Shown: piece after piece, positions 1 through 12,680 of the stretch
Numbering within the stretch: the stretch's first letter is position 1
Layout of the letters: each line of letters starts with the position of its first letter
NCBI RefSeq assembly: GCF_001194135.2
Contig: NC_068984.1
Span: 96,886,564 to 96,936,470, forward strand
From: Octopus bimaculoides
Taxonomy: Eukaryota
Reading direction: 5' to 3'
DNA length: 49,907 bases
The notes under the pieces: generated by a model
Told to the model about the DNA's origin: nothing
Seen by the model: the letters and a program-made list of their open reading frames with translations, nothing else
Database searches by the model: none
Made by a program: the position numbers and the translations under genes

Positions 1-41
1 GAGTGGATTTGGTAGGCGGAAACTGAAAGAACCTCGTCGCA

Positions 42-78
<37 letters not shown>

Positions 79-718
79 ATATATATATATATATATTCTT
101 TTACTTGCTTCAGCCATTTGACTGCGGCCATGTTGGAGTACCGCCTTTAGTCGAGCAAATCGACTCCAGGACTTATTCATTGTAAGCCTATATTTATTCT
201 ATCGGTTTCTATTGCCGAACCGCTAAGTTACGGAGACGTAAACACACCAGCATCGTTGTCAAGCGTTGTTAGGGGACAAACACACAAATACACACACACA
301 CACACATACACACACACACATACGACGGTCTACTTTCAGTTTCCGACTACCAAATCCACTCACATGGCTTTGATCAGCCCGAGGCTATAATAGAAGATAC
401 TTGCCCAAAGTGCCACGCAGTGGGACAGAACCCGGAATCATGTGGTTGGTAAGGAAGCTACTTACTACACAGCCACTCCTGCGCCTCCACACAGCCACAT
501 GTGCGTATATGTTTACGTGTCTGTGTTTGTCCTCCTCAACTTCGTTTGACAATCGATGCTGGTGCGTTTATGTCCTCGTAACTTAGCAGTTCGGCAAAAG
601 TGATCCATACAATAAGTACTAGGCTTACAAAGAATAAGTCGTGGGGTCGATTTGCTCGACTAAAGGTGGTGCTCCAGCATGGCCGCAGTTAAATGATTGA
701 AACAAGTAAAAGAATAAA
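1..718 (+). mobile_element. tRNA-derived bipartite SINE (family 1), split by a nested antisense copy; head lies upstream of the window
   Basis: 1-40 matches the left-arm end of the complete copy at 12593-12995 (gagtggatttggtag..gaaactgaaaga). After (AT)n and the insertion, 499-718 matches its right arm, ending gaaacaagtaaaagaataaa. Confidence 0.8.
96..485 (-). mobile_element. Full-length family 1 SINE
   Basis: Reverse complement starts ggcgcaggagtggctgtgtagtaag (A-box-like) and continues gggttctgtccc (B-box-like), an internal (TG)n and the right arm; colinear with 12593-12995. Confidence 0.9.
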
Positions 719-729
719 ACAATATATAT

Positions 730-2001
730 TCGTGAATGTTTAAAATACATTTATTTATATATATACCAAACTAGTTTCAACAATTATTTTTTGTTTATCA
801 ATGGTAAGAGTTTAGAATTAGAAAAAACATCTTTAAAAGTTTCAACGTTGACAAATTAAAGTGTTTCAATGTTGACAAACTAAGAATGTTGACAAATTAA
901 TATGTTTCAATGTTGATAAATTAACATGTTCAAAACAGGTGTAAGTTTGAATGTTCATAGCAGTCAATAAAATTGTATATCAATTTGTTTGAATGTACAA
1001 ACTTCATTAATTTTAGTGGTGGTCGACAAGTTATGCTGAAAAAACCAAGTGTGAAATGAAAATGATTAAAAAAATGCGAATTTGGTTTACAGTTTTTGTG
1101 ATAGACGCTTTCGCTTGTAGTGATATGTTTTAGGATCAGATGAATTTATAATTTCTTTTTTTTTTTTACCGCGGGCGGATCTGATTTTTGATTCGTTAAA
1201 ATTCTGGTGACTTTTTTTTTCAGTGGTCAAGCTTGTCGTTCTGCTTGGTTGGTTTCCTTGTGGATACGGTTATAAGTCGTTCCGGTTGGTTGGTTTTCTT
1301 AAAGAGTCATTTAGTTGTATTCGGTGAAGTTTGGTTTTGACTGGTCTGTAGTTAGGTGACATCAGCAACTGGTGTTTGTAGAATTTCGTTGGACTGGAGG
1401 TGGGTGATGTCAGCAGTTGATGTTTGTATGGTGATTTGGTGTTGCGGTTTCGGAACCCGGGTGGAAGATTGTTACTAAAGTTTTCAGAAAAAAAAATTTT
1501 GTTGTTCCTGGTTGTTTTTTTTTTAGTCTTTTTCTTTTCTTTTTACTGCTTTTTCTTCTTTCTAAAGGATATTCAGCTGTGGTTTATATTTTTTAATCAA
1601 TATGTTTTCCTTATTTAAATGGAATTGGGTTGAAGTGCTTCCAGTGCATTGGTAGAGAGGGAAGATTTGGTATTTAGGGTTTATGTCTACGGGGCATTGG
1701 TCTAGGTCCTTGCTTACGGGAATTTTCCTAGTGGTGGGGTCCCGTAGAAACACTAAAATTAATGAAGTTTGTATATTCAAAGAAATTGATATACAATTTT
1801 ATTGACTGCTATGAACATTCAAACTTACACCTTCTGTTTTGAACATGTTAATTTATCAACATTGAAACATTTTAGTTTGTCAAAATTGAAACTTTCAAAG
1901 ATGTTTTTTTCTAATTTTAAACTTTTACCATTGATAAACAAAAAATATTGTTGAAACTAGTTTGGTATATATGTAAATAAATGTATTTTAAACATTTATG
2001 A
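730..2001. mobile_element. Long inverted repeats (730-1018 and 1751-2001) enclosing a Penelope-like 3' fragment
   Basis: The arms are reverse complements over about 250 bp and contain ~20-bp subrepeats (tttcaatgttgacaaattaa). No clear TSD. Confidence 0.8.
1562..1750 (-). pseudogene. C-terminal fragment of a Penelope-like GIY-YIG endonuclease
   Basis: TRKIPVSKDLDQC..YQIFPLYQC..LNKENILIKKYKPQLN resembles the PLE endonuclease end (VS.HL..C..P.YQ..KE..I..KP.LN). Confidence 0.65.
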
Positions 2002-2079
2002 GTTTTTTTAATTTAGGCGCATTTTCAACAACACATTTTCTTATATTTTATTCCTGCGTGGAAACACCCACCTCTTTTG

Positions 2080-2117
<38 letters not shown>

Positions 2118-2240
2118 TCACTAAATCTACCATTCTGCCTCTATTTGCATTTCTTTTTTTTCTCCCTCTCTCGTTCTTCCTCTCTCTCTCTCTCACTCTT
2201 TCCTTGTATGAGCATGTGTATGCACGTGTGCGTAACTAGA

Positions 2241-2276
<36 letters not shown>

Positions 2277-2721
2277 TACACACACACACGCACGCACACA
2301 CAGAATTCTACCTCAACCTTTATATTACTAGCTGTCCCTCTCCTTATCCCACTGTCGCACTCTTATCTGCAGCAAAGACTGACAGTATAAGCTTAACCAG
2401 TAAACATAGTGAACCCACCACTCTCCCTGCTCCCTATTTTATATCAGAAGAAAAGAGGGAAAGGTTTGTGAAGTGTATATATATATATATATGTAGGAGT
2501 GGAGGAAAGGAGAGACTAAACAGTGGACATAAAAGTGCAGTGATGGGTCTGAAATGTGTGTAATGTTGGTGTGTGGTGAACGTAGTGTAAAAAGCTTCAG
2601 GTGATGGAATGTGGACTCGGAGCTCTGGCGGATGTGGCATTAGATAAATCCAAGATAATGAGCAGAGCCAACCACCGTCTTAGATTAAAATTTAAAAAAA
2701 TTAGTAGTTGAAAATGAAGCA

Positions 2722-2734
2722 ACTATTGCTGCTA

Positions 2735-2766
<32 letters not shown>

Positions 2767-2863
2767 ACCGCTATTACTTCGTCCTCTACTACCACCACCA
2801 CCACCACTACCACAGCTACTACTACAACTGCTGCTGATGATGATACTACTACTACTACTACTG

Positions 2864-2900
<37 letters not shown>

Positions 2901-2998
2901 CACTACTACTGCTACCGCTATTACTTCGTCCTCTACTACTACTACCACCACCACCACCACTACCACAACTACTACTACAACTGCTGGTGCTGCTGCTG

Positions 2999-3046
<48 letters not shown>

Positions 3047-3155
3047 TTGCTACCGCTATTACTTCGTCCTCTACTACTACTACCACCACCACCACCACCA
3101 CCACTACCACAACTACTACTACAACTGCTGATGATGATGATACTATTACTACTAC
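2722..3155. repeat. Compound trinucleotide array (CTA/CTG/CCA/ATG) with a three-copy higher-order unit of ~140-150 bp
   Basis: The anchor gctaccgctattacttcgtcctctactac recurs near 2763, 2910 and 3049. Confidence 0.9.
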
Positions 3156-3849
3156 AAGGAAAGCGAGAGAAAGAATAGCAATAGCAAAACCTATTCCCGA
3201 TTGTGAGAAAATGAAGACAAGGAGTAAACGTTAAACAATAGATATGAAGATGAATTAGTCCCTATGAAATATGGTTTCCTTGGCAACGTAATATTTTTTT
3301 TTCTTTCCTTTAACCTCATTATAGGAAAGTTTGACGCCATGTTGTTTCACTCACCCCATTGTCATTTCCTGCCTCCTCTTGGTTTCCTCTATTTCCTCGT
3401 CGCACATTCTAGAACCACTTCCATTCCAACCACCACAATCATCACCATTAACACCATCACTACCGCTACCCCACTACATTATCACCACTGCCATCACCAC
3501 TACTATAACCACCACCATAATCAATGCCACTATAATGACCACCACCACTATACTAGAGGTTGTGCAACTTTTTCTAACAAATTCTGAAACATTGCACCGA
3601 CTCACACTATCAACATCTGTTGCTTATATTTTACCAAGTAGGAGGTCAGTGTCCCATAGATATATACCTCTCCTTATCAAGATAGTGAATTCGATATGGT
3701 GGAGGGGTCGCTACAGTGTTTCATAGATATTGTACTCCCTGTTTCGCCGTACAGTGTCCTCGAGATGTATTTTACTAAGCAGGCGATACAGCATCCCAGA
3801 GATATTCAACGTTCTGTCAATTGTTTGGGCCAATACAGCTGATGACCTA

Positions 3850-4465
3850 TTAGGTTGGAACGAAAGTCCCGTCACATTTCAAGATGGGAAAGAAAGAAAT
3901 ATTTCTTAGGTTTTAATTGATTTATTTAATCAAGATAAAATTTCCATTCATTATTGATAACATAATCCCATCTATTTACAAATTGTTGATCTATCAGCCG
4001 TAAAATACTTCAGGTTTCGAAGCAAAGAAATACTCAATATCATTTTAATAAACTTTTTACCCCTCGGTCAGGAGAATAAGAAGGATGAGGCGAAAGTTCC
4101 ATATTGGGTGCCATAATCTTTTACTGAGTAACGTGGATAATATGTAGTCTTGCATTATCGTGTAAGAGTAACATCTCTGCGATTTTTCTGCAAATTTTAC
4201 ACTATGATTTTTCTGCAAAGTTTTGCACAGTGCTTTCAATTGACGACCATACTTTGCATTAACTATTTCGTTTTGGTTTAAGACTTCATGATAGACGACA
4301 CCCTGCATATCCCACCAAACACGGAGCCTAATTTTTGGGGGGTATAATCCTGGTTTGAGGATAAATTCTGCTTTTTTTTCTTTTATGTGGTGCTGCCTAA
4401 CGTCGTTTCCGTTGAATATGATTATGGAAAACCCACTTTTCATTATTTGTGTTGTTTCTATCTAA
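3850..4465 (-). mobile_element. Mariner (DD34D-type) transposon relic: 3' half of transposase plus TIR
   Basis: Frameshifted motifs EKWVF, KPGLYPPKIRLRVWWD, LHDNAR and HPSYSPD; TA followed by a ttaggttgg TIR-like end at 3848-3875. Confidence 0.85.
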
Positions 4466-5065
4466 GAAAGGTTTGATAGCAAATGTACTCTTCAATGATG
4501 AGCAGAAGGCAATTTGTCACCCGATATTTCTAATCCTTGGCCATTTTAAAACTCATTTTTTCCTTCAATTCTCCCACCTCCCCATGTATTTATCCCACTT
4601 CTTTCCCTATTCTTCCTCTTACCCTCTTACATTTCGTCCTTTCATATTACAAATAGAGTTATTTTTCCTAAGAATTGTATCAATCTTCAGAATATTGTTC
4701 AAGTGATGTTTTCTAACAAGATTTGCTCGTCCCCGCCCGAATTTCCAAATGTTTCCTACCAACTGTGCATGTCTTCTTAATATCAACTTCTTGACCAATA
4801 TTTCTCTGCAAACAGTACTTTTGCAGATAAAGCTACCAGCACCTCTCTCTGTCAAATTTCTGTTACCAATACAACACACACACACACCAGCCCTTCCCGC
4901 ACACTCTCCTTCACATTTTATTAACAAGTATAAAAGGTTTTCCTAGTATTCCAAATGCTCCATTGGCTGAGTATTACTCATCTGCTTACATTTTAATACT
5001 ATGAATAGGTTGTTATAAATGTGTTTGTCAGTGCGTATAAGTCTACCTGTAATTCTCCCTTATAA

Positions 5066-5508
5066 TGATGTAGTAAGAAGTTTGCTTCCTAAGCACATGG
5101 ATCCGAGTTCAGTCCCACTGCATGGCACATTGGACAAGTATCTTCTACTATAGCCTTGGGCCGACCAAAGCCTTCTGAGTGGGCTTAGTAAACGGCAACT
5201 GAAAGAAGTCGGTCGTATGTATGCGTGAGTATGTGTATGTGTATACGTGTGTGAGTGCGTATGTGTGCGTGTGCGTGTATGTGTGTGCGTATGTGTGTGT
5301 CTTTAAATCTGTGTTTGTCCCCCACCACCGCTTGACGATCGGTGTTTGTGTGTTTACGTTCTCGTAAAAAGGCGGTTACTCTTAGTGATACAATAAGTAC
5401 CTGGCCAAGAAATAAAAATTACTGTGGTTGATTCACTTGACTGAACTTCTCCAAGATGGTGTTCCTGCATAGCCCGCTGTCTAATGACTAAAACAAGTAA
5501 AAGATAAA
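5066..5508 (+). mobile_element. Diverged family 1 SINE
   Basis: gagttcagtcccactg B-box region, internal (TG)n and aaacaagtaaaagataaa end, colinear with 12593-12995. Confidence 0.85.
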
Positions 5509-5589
5509 TGGTAAAAAGTTAACTAGAGAACAGTCAGTGGCACTAACATTCGGTGATTAATTGATTACATACACATATATATTAAGTAG

Positions 5590-5627
<38 letters not shown>

Positions 5628-6099
5628 GCATATTTGTTTGCATGGATGTGTTTGTATGCACCTGAGGATTGTATGCACTTGAGGATTGTGTGCACCTGAC
5701 TAACAGCTGGAACACTCCTAATTTGAAATCAACTCCACGATTGATAGTTGTAGTTAAAAAAAATTATTTNNNNNNNNNNNNNNNNNNNNNNNNNNNNNNN
5801 NNNNNNNNNNNNNNNNNNNNNNNNNNNNNNNNNNNNNNNNNNNNNNNNNNNNNNNNNNNNNNNNNNNNNNNNNNNNNNNNNNNNNNNNNNNNNNNNNNNN
5901 NNNNNNNNNNNNNNNNNNNNNNNNNNNNNNNNNNNNNNNNNNNNNNNNNNNNNNNNNNNNNNNNNNNNNNNNNNNNNNNNNNNNNNNNNNNNNNNNNNNN
6001 NNNNNNNNNNNNNNNNNNNNNNNNNNNNNNNNNNNNNNNNNNNNNNNNNNNNNNNNNNNNNNNNNNNNNNNNNNNNNNNNNNNNNNNNNNNNNNNNNNN

Positions 6100-6146
<47 letters not shown>

Positions 6147-6868
6147 AGTCACCTTTGTCAAACAATACTAGACTAGGCTTCTCTGAAGAGGTGTAATGAC
6201 ATTGAAACATGCCTATGATTGTTTCACTATACGATCATTACTATAAGTGCTGGAACGAAATGTGCTAGTGAGTTCAAACCAAAGTCCAAAATGTTTTACA
6301 CATAAGGTCTATTTTTTCAGCCTTAATATCAAAACAAATACAGGCATAATAATAATTATTATTATCATATTTGTACATCGACCAAATCAGATAAATCCAG
6401 TTCAAGAATATTTCTATGCTCGTTCGTTTTGGTGATGACATTTTTCAGGAAGATCTTCAAAGCGTTCTCATTGTCCCAAAAGATTTTAGGGGGTGCACTT
6501 AAACCCCGCCAGCAAGTCAAAAATATAATGTGTAATGCAGTATTACAGACTATATTCTTAAGTAATTCCAGAGATGCATGCACTGCCTTTCTTTACTAGA
6601 TTTGGTCATTAAGTTAATGATTCTCCTCCATACGAGTGTAATTTTTAATTTAATGTGTATCGAATATATTAACACTGACCTTTCTATTTGCTTTACATGC
6701 AGAGTGTGTATTTGCGTATTTCCCACCAACTCTTATTCACATATTGTTCTGTTTCAACCAATCCATGGCTTACAGTAAAAAGAAGTGTGTGAGTGTGTAT
6801 GTGTATGTGTGTTTGTGTGTGTGTGTGTGTGTGTGTATGTGTGTGTACATATATATAGGTAGATATAT

Positions 6869-6905
<37 letters not shown>

Positions 6906-7614
6906 ACACTGACTCGCGTGCCAAGAACCCATGTACTATCTTCACAGTGATCTGGTCCATTTTTCTTTTCTTTTTTTTTTTTGGCCTTCTGATAAATAGA
7001 TTTTAACAATGCTCATTGGAGAGAGATTTGTATTAGTTCCTACTTCATGCCTCTCCTCACGTTCATTAACTATCCTAATTAAGTTGCTGATTTCATGATC
7101 ACAAACTCGGCCAAGATAGTTGTCTCTTTCCTCTGCTGCAGATGTTGCTTCGGTGTCACAATACGTGCTTCATATGATATCAATACAGACCACGACCACC
7201 ATGAATTATACGTCACATGTATTTACTTCTCTGTTATTGTGACTATTACCTCTGACTAGACATAAAAGCTGTTTGTCAATGTTCAAGGTTTTCAATGTTA
7301 CTTTCAGGTCTTGTGGCACTTTCTGCCTGATGTCTGTTCTCTTCTCTCTAGCAAATTCACATTTGTGGTAAAAAGGGACTGTCTCCGTGGCTGCTCTACC
7401 AGCTAAAAATAGCAGCCAAATCTCCCCCACATTACACCTTGAAGTCTTAAAATCAAGGGGCAAATTAATATTCCTAAATTATTAAAAGCACCGATTGAAT
7501 GACAAAGAGGTCATAGTTTAGGTGCTTCTATCACAGGTCTGTTTAGTCAAAGGCTGACCTGGACTAAACAACAACAACGTGTGACAAGAGAGCGTTGTCA
7601 AGGTAGTCGCTTGA

Positions 7615-7805
7615 TTTGCTAGAAATAACAGCCAAACCTCAAATGATACTGTCTTTTAAAAGAAGGATCACACTGGATAACGTGGCCCGGGATAGAAAAT
7701 GCCTGTAAAAGATAGGATGATCACAGTTGGAACGTCTTTGATGATCATAGGTTTATGTAGTCAGGGCTGACCTGGGATTAAAGAACACCATCAACAACAA
7801 CCAAA
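7615..7805 (+). mobile_element. SINE family 2 (ctagaaatagcagccaaa body; gctgacctgg..aacaacaac tail). Related pieces at 7340-7480, 7490-7578 and 8505-8620
   Basis: The same body and (CAA)n-type tail recur at 17190-17345 (-) and 23655-23841 (+). Confidence 0.65.
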
Positions 7806-8240
7806 ACAAGAACTACAATTACAACAGCAATATAACTACAACAACATCAACATCATCATCAACAACAACAGTGTACAATATACTTACTATTCAAAATAAC
7901 CTCTGAAATATAGACGACAAAAACACACTTTCTGACATCGCCATAGAAAACATTAACAGAAAATAACGTTTAACTTTCATAAAGAGTGAATCCTTTCATG
8001 CTCGTCTAAAATCCATTGGGGTCAATCAATGGTTACTCCCAGTTTTTGTAGGGTTAAACAGATGGGACCTAAATACACTCCCTCCACTGAACTGTAGTTA
8101 ATTGAAGTTTTCTTTTACAGATGTTCCTTGTTCAAATGGGATCCATTCTCGGTCGCTATGTGAAGGAATGTAAGTGGAATTAAACATCACCAGTAGATCT
8201 GATCTCGCATTTTTTGGTCCAGGAGTTCAGTATAAGAAAC

Positions 8241-8490
8241 TGTTGTGTCGACGCCCCCCAGGCGAAGAAGTAGGATCCCCCAAGACATATAAATAGGGGT
8301 AGTCTAGCCATGGTAGGAGTGTTGAGTAGTAGTCGAGTAGCGGTTGTGTAGCGGTTGAGTAGAGATCATCCGAAGGTGCTAGATAGCAGTAGCTTGAGAC
8401 ATAACAGAAACCATGAGACTATTTTCCCTCCGAAGATTAAAATGAATTTTTTTTCTTAAGCTATTTTTTTACTTTTATTTATTCAAATTC
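8241..8490 (+). mobile_element. Possible solo-LTR relic
   Basis: TGTTG start, TATAAATA at 8288, GC-richer body. 3' end and TSD not resolved. Confidence 0.25.
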
Positions 8491-9049
8491 ATTTCTTGAA
8501 TCTATGGCGCTAGAAATAGCAGCCATATCTTTCAAATTCTTTAAAAATAAGGAATGACACATCAAATAGTATAGTCCAGGATATACTATTTATTTTGGGG
8601 ATGGCCACGGCTAGAATTTATTCGGTCTATGTTTGCTTAATCAAATCTGGTATGGGATTAAATAACAACTTCCAGCAATAAACATTATAAAACGTAAAAA
8701 TATGAAGTCGTAAATTTCATAGAGTCCTTTAATGACCGGAAGTACTTATCAATGAGTGATCAGGTGTAAATATACAGGTGTACTGACTGGAAATAGTAAC
8801 TATTTCCTCAGTTACTCAGAATTAACTCAAGCTGTCGTTATATTATCAATTAATTAATAAATACATTAATTTGATTGATTTTTTTCAGTGTCTTACAGTA
8901 AGACATATATAAAGTGGATATAACCAATCTAATCGACTCCAGTATATTGGTGGTATTTGTTTCATTGAGAAATAAGAAATGAAACTAAAGACCATAAAAT
9001 GTTGCACTGTCTCTATTGCTTTTATGACTTCCAACATCACAAGGTCGCA

Positions 9050-9245
9050 GATTTGGAGAAGGGCTGAAATATTTTTTTATTGACTCTACCGAGACCGATG
9101 ATTTGTAACTTAAACTCCTAGCTAGTAATTTGGGGCGAGTGTTTGGCCGATTACATCGGAAAGTGAAAGTCAAGGATAAACTCGATTCCGGAAGGATTTG
9201 AACTCAAAATGTAATGGTGTGGGTGTCAATAAATACTGCATGACA
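9050..9245 (-). mobile_element. Degenerate CORE-type SINE (family 3)
   Basis: gatttgaactcaaaatgta and aaagtcaa..actcgattcc match the copy at 24505-24684. Confidence 0.55.
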
Positions 9246-9828
9246 TCCTATCATTAAAATGGACATGCCTCTAAATAATGTCAAGTGCCCTAAAGTAAAG
9301 ACGGGGATGTCACTAAATAATGTCCAGTCTCCTATCAAAAATACAGAGATCTCTCTAAATACTACTTGATAACCTGCCGCTTTTGTGGCAGCACCACTAA
9401 CCTCTTTGAGGCAATCATTTATTTCTAACATGAACACAAGACCTTCCAGATTTAAAGTAAGTATAATTGATTTAATCGATCCCTCTCTCAGTACATGACG
9501 TGTACATCCATTATTAATCACAGAAAGATAAAATTGACTACATTTGAACTCAGAACATAGAAATAACTCAATATTATAAGGCAGCATTAAATCTCCCTGT
9601 CTTGTACTAAGTGTAAGGTTAAGAAGATTTAATATCAGCACTCTACCTCTCAGTCTTGCAATACATCGGAAAAGAACGATTTTAGAACGATAAACGCTGA
9701 TTGGTATGGTGTCGGTTTCTGATGTCGTTTGCTCCGTTATTTGAATATTTTATTGTAAATTATAGACAAGAAACTTTTGAATTTCAGAAATTATCATGTA
9801 CAAGTTTATAGATACATTATATGTGTGG

Positions 9829-9995
9829 ATACACACACACGCACACGCGCACACACACGCACACACACACACACACACATACATACATACATACATACAT
9901 ACATGCATACATACATACATACATGCATACATACATACATACATACATACATACATACATACATACATACATACATACATACATGCATACATACA
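9829..9995. repeat. (CA)n/(CATA)n microsatellite
   Basis: Visible directly. Confidence 0.95.
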
Positions 9996-10760
9996 TGGTG
10001 CAGTCCATAAGTTTTATAAATGTCCTAGATTACTATACATCTAATAAGCTGACCTGCTGATTTTGTTATTCCAGATTGAAGAAGACTGCTGTAAGAGCAC
10101 TTTGAACATATCCTACTAAACACTGCTTGTCACAGATGACTAGTTTGCAGAATGCAGTCGGGACGTTAGGAAGCTCGCTATGCAATAAAGTTTTGTGTTA
10201 AACCGGGCAAAAATGCTACAAAAAATTATTAAGTGCTCCAGGCTGTTTATGGATCGACTTTTTCGCTGGCACAAGACGTTCAAGGATGGTAGAGACGATA
10301 TGAGAGATGATGAGAGGATTGGGAGGGAAAGGGACGTGAAAACATCCAAGCTGGTTGAGAAAATTCGCAATTCTCCGGATGATGTTGGTTGTGTGTCTAT
10401 AAAAGCAATAAACATACAGTTTGGAGTTGGTGTGGTAACGATATACAGAATTAAGCATGAAGATATGAACAAGTGCAACATTTGTGCAAAGTTTGTTCCT
10501 AGGGTGCTCAGCATTGAGCATCCTGGTAACCAACTACTCCCCAGCTGAAGGAAAAACGTCAAGAGCAGACGTTTTGAAGGTGAGGAAGGCTATGACAAAG
10601 GTCCTGGACACCTTCATTTTGGAGGACTTCTATGCAGCTTTCATGAGGTGGCTGAAGCGCTACAAGTTCATTGAAGTCAGAGATTAGAGTTTTGTACTTC
10701 TTTGAAATCAATATATGTCTCTCATTAAAAAGTCTGAAAACTTCTAGAATGTAGCTTGTG
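9992..10760 (+). mobile_element. Internally deleted mariner
   Basis: N-terminal HTH (YAIKFCVK..KNAT, FRWHKTFKDGRDD..DDERIGR) and ICAKFVPRVL are joined directly to the C-terminus (RRFE..AMTKVLD..EDF..AF.RWLKRY). The catalytic domain is missing and the TIR-like ends are degenerate. Confidence 0.85.
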
Positions 10761-11154
10761 CACACGCACGCACGCACACATACAGACAGACACACACATG
10801 TACATATATAGATTATTTATACATATTTACATAGACACAAGTACATACACACATACACACACGCACATATATAGAGAGATATATATATATACACATACAT
10901 ACATATATATGTTTGTATATATAGACATGTATGTGTGTGTATAGACACACACACACATACACATATATATACATATAGAGGAGTGAGAGATGAAACGTTT
11001 ATTCCATTTGTTGACAGCTGTTTCATAATCTGTGTACACAACGCTAAAACATCTATCAACATCGCTAAAACATCTATCCGCACATGAAATTTTCTGATAA
11101 GAACTCTGATTCATTTTTTTACAGCACGATTATATATTTAAATATGTACGTGTG

Positions 11155-11205
<51 letters not shown>

Positions 11206-11876
11206 NNNNNNNNNNNNNNNNNNNNNNNNNNNNNNNNNNNNNNNNNNNNNNNNNNNNNNNNNNNNNNNNNNNNNNNNNNNNNNNNNNNNNNNNNNNNNNN
11301 NNNNNNNNNNNNNNNNNNNNNNNNNNNNNNNNNNNNNNNNNNNNNNNNNNNNNNNNNNNNNNNNNNNNNNNNNNNNNNNNNNNNNNNNNNNNNNNNNNNN
11401 NNNNNNNNNNNNNNNNNNNNNNNNNNNNNNNNNNNNNNNNNNNNNNNNNNNNNNNNNNNNNNNNNNNNNNNNNNNNNNNNNNNNNNNNNNNNNNNNNNNN
11501 NNNNNNNNNNNNNNNNNNNNNNNNNNNNNNNNNNNNNNNNNNNNNNNNNNNNNNNNNNNNNNNNNNNNNNNNNNNNNNNNNNNNNNNNNNNNNNNNNNNN
11601 NNNNNNNNNNNNNNNNNNNNNNNNNNNNNNNNNNNNNNNNNNNNNNNNNNNNTCTATCAGTTAATGCTAATATTATCTCTACTTTTCTTTTACTTTCGAT
11701 AGAAAACTTGTGTGTGTGTGTGTGAGTGTGTGTGTGTGCGCACGCGTACGTGTGGTAGGGAAGCGTAAAAACACCGCACATGTAATCGTAATGTTCGAGC
11801 TTTAGGGGATTTTTCGTTGCGTTGAAAACATATGGGAAACATTTGGACCTCTCTCTCTCTCTATCTCTCTCTCTCC

Positions 11877-11958
<82 letters not shown>

Positions 11959-12099
11959 GTTAGGCACACACACACACACAAACACATACAAACATGTTGA
12001 GATACACTGTTATGTTCGTTCCATAAATTTAAAGAATGTTCATATGCATGTCTGTATGTATGTCTGTCTGTCTGTATGTATGTATGTATATATATATAC

Positions 12100-12155
<56 letters not shown>

Positions 12156-12470
12156 AATTGCAGCATGGAAGGTGTTTATAAGCCATTTAAGAAACACGCA
12201 AAAACCGTTAGATTCACTTCAACATTTAAATTTAATTTGTCAAAACATTTTTGTCGCTTTGAGACCGCAACCTNNNNNNNNNNNNNNNNNNNNNNNNNNN
12301 NNNNNNNNNNNNNNNNNNNNNNNNNNNNNNNNNNNNNNNNNNNNNNNNNNNNNNNNNNNNNNNNNNNNNNNNNNNNNNNNNNNNNNNNNNNNNNNNNNNN
12401 NNNNNNNNNNNNNNNNNNNNNNNNNNNNNNNNNNNNNNNNNNNNNNNNNNNNNNNNNNNNNNNNNNNNNN

Positions 12471-12680
12471 CACTTGCCCAAGATGCCACGCAGTGGGACT
12501 GAACCCGGAACCATGTGGTTGGTAAGCAAGCTACTTACCACGCAGCCACTCCTGCGCCTAAAAATAAAAAATATATATATTTTTTATTTTTAGGCGCAGG
12601 AGTGGCTGCGTGGTAAGTAGCTTGCTTACCAACCACATGGTTCCGGGTTCAGTCCCACTGCGTGGCATCTTGGGCAAGTG
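12471..12680. repeat. Perfect 210-bp palindrome of family 1 SINE heads, starting at a gap edge
   Basis: Base-by-base reverse-complement identity around a centre at 12575/12576. Confidence 0.95.

Noticed and set aside
401-586. ORF MPKVPRSGTEPG.. and its twin at ~12480
   Set aside because: Antisense translation of the SINE head.
3832-3872. CTGATGA..GAAAGTC, hammerhead-like
   Set aside because: Seven extra bases lie between the stem and GAAA and there is no helix III; it overlaps the mariner TIR.
4619-4927. 102-aa minus-strand ORF with Cys residues
   Set aside because: May be a LINE relic, but I recognised no diagnostic motif.
7105-7215. Possible exon after a polypyrimidine/CAG acceptor
   Set aside because: No convincing donor, no recognisable peptide and no partner exons.
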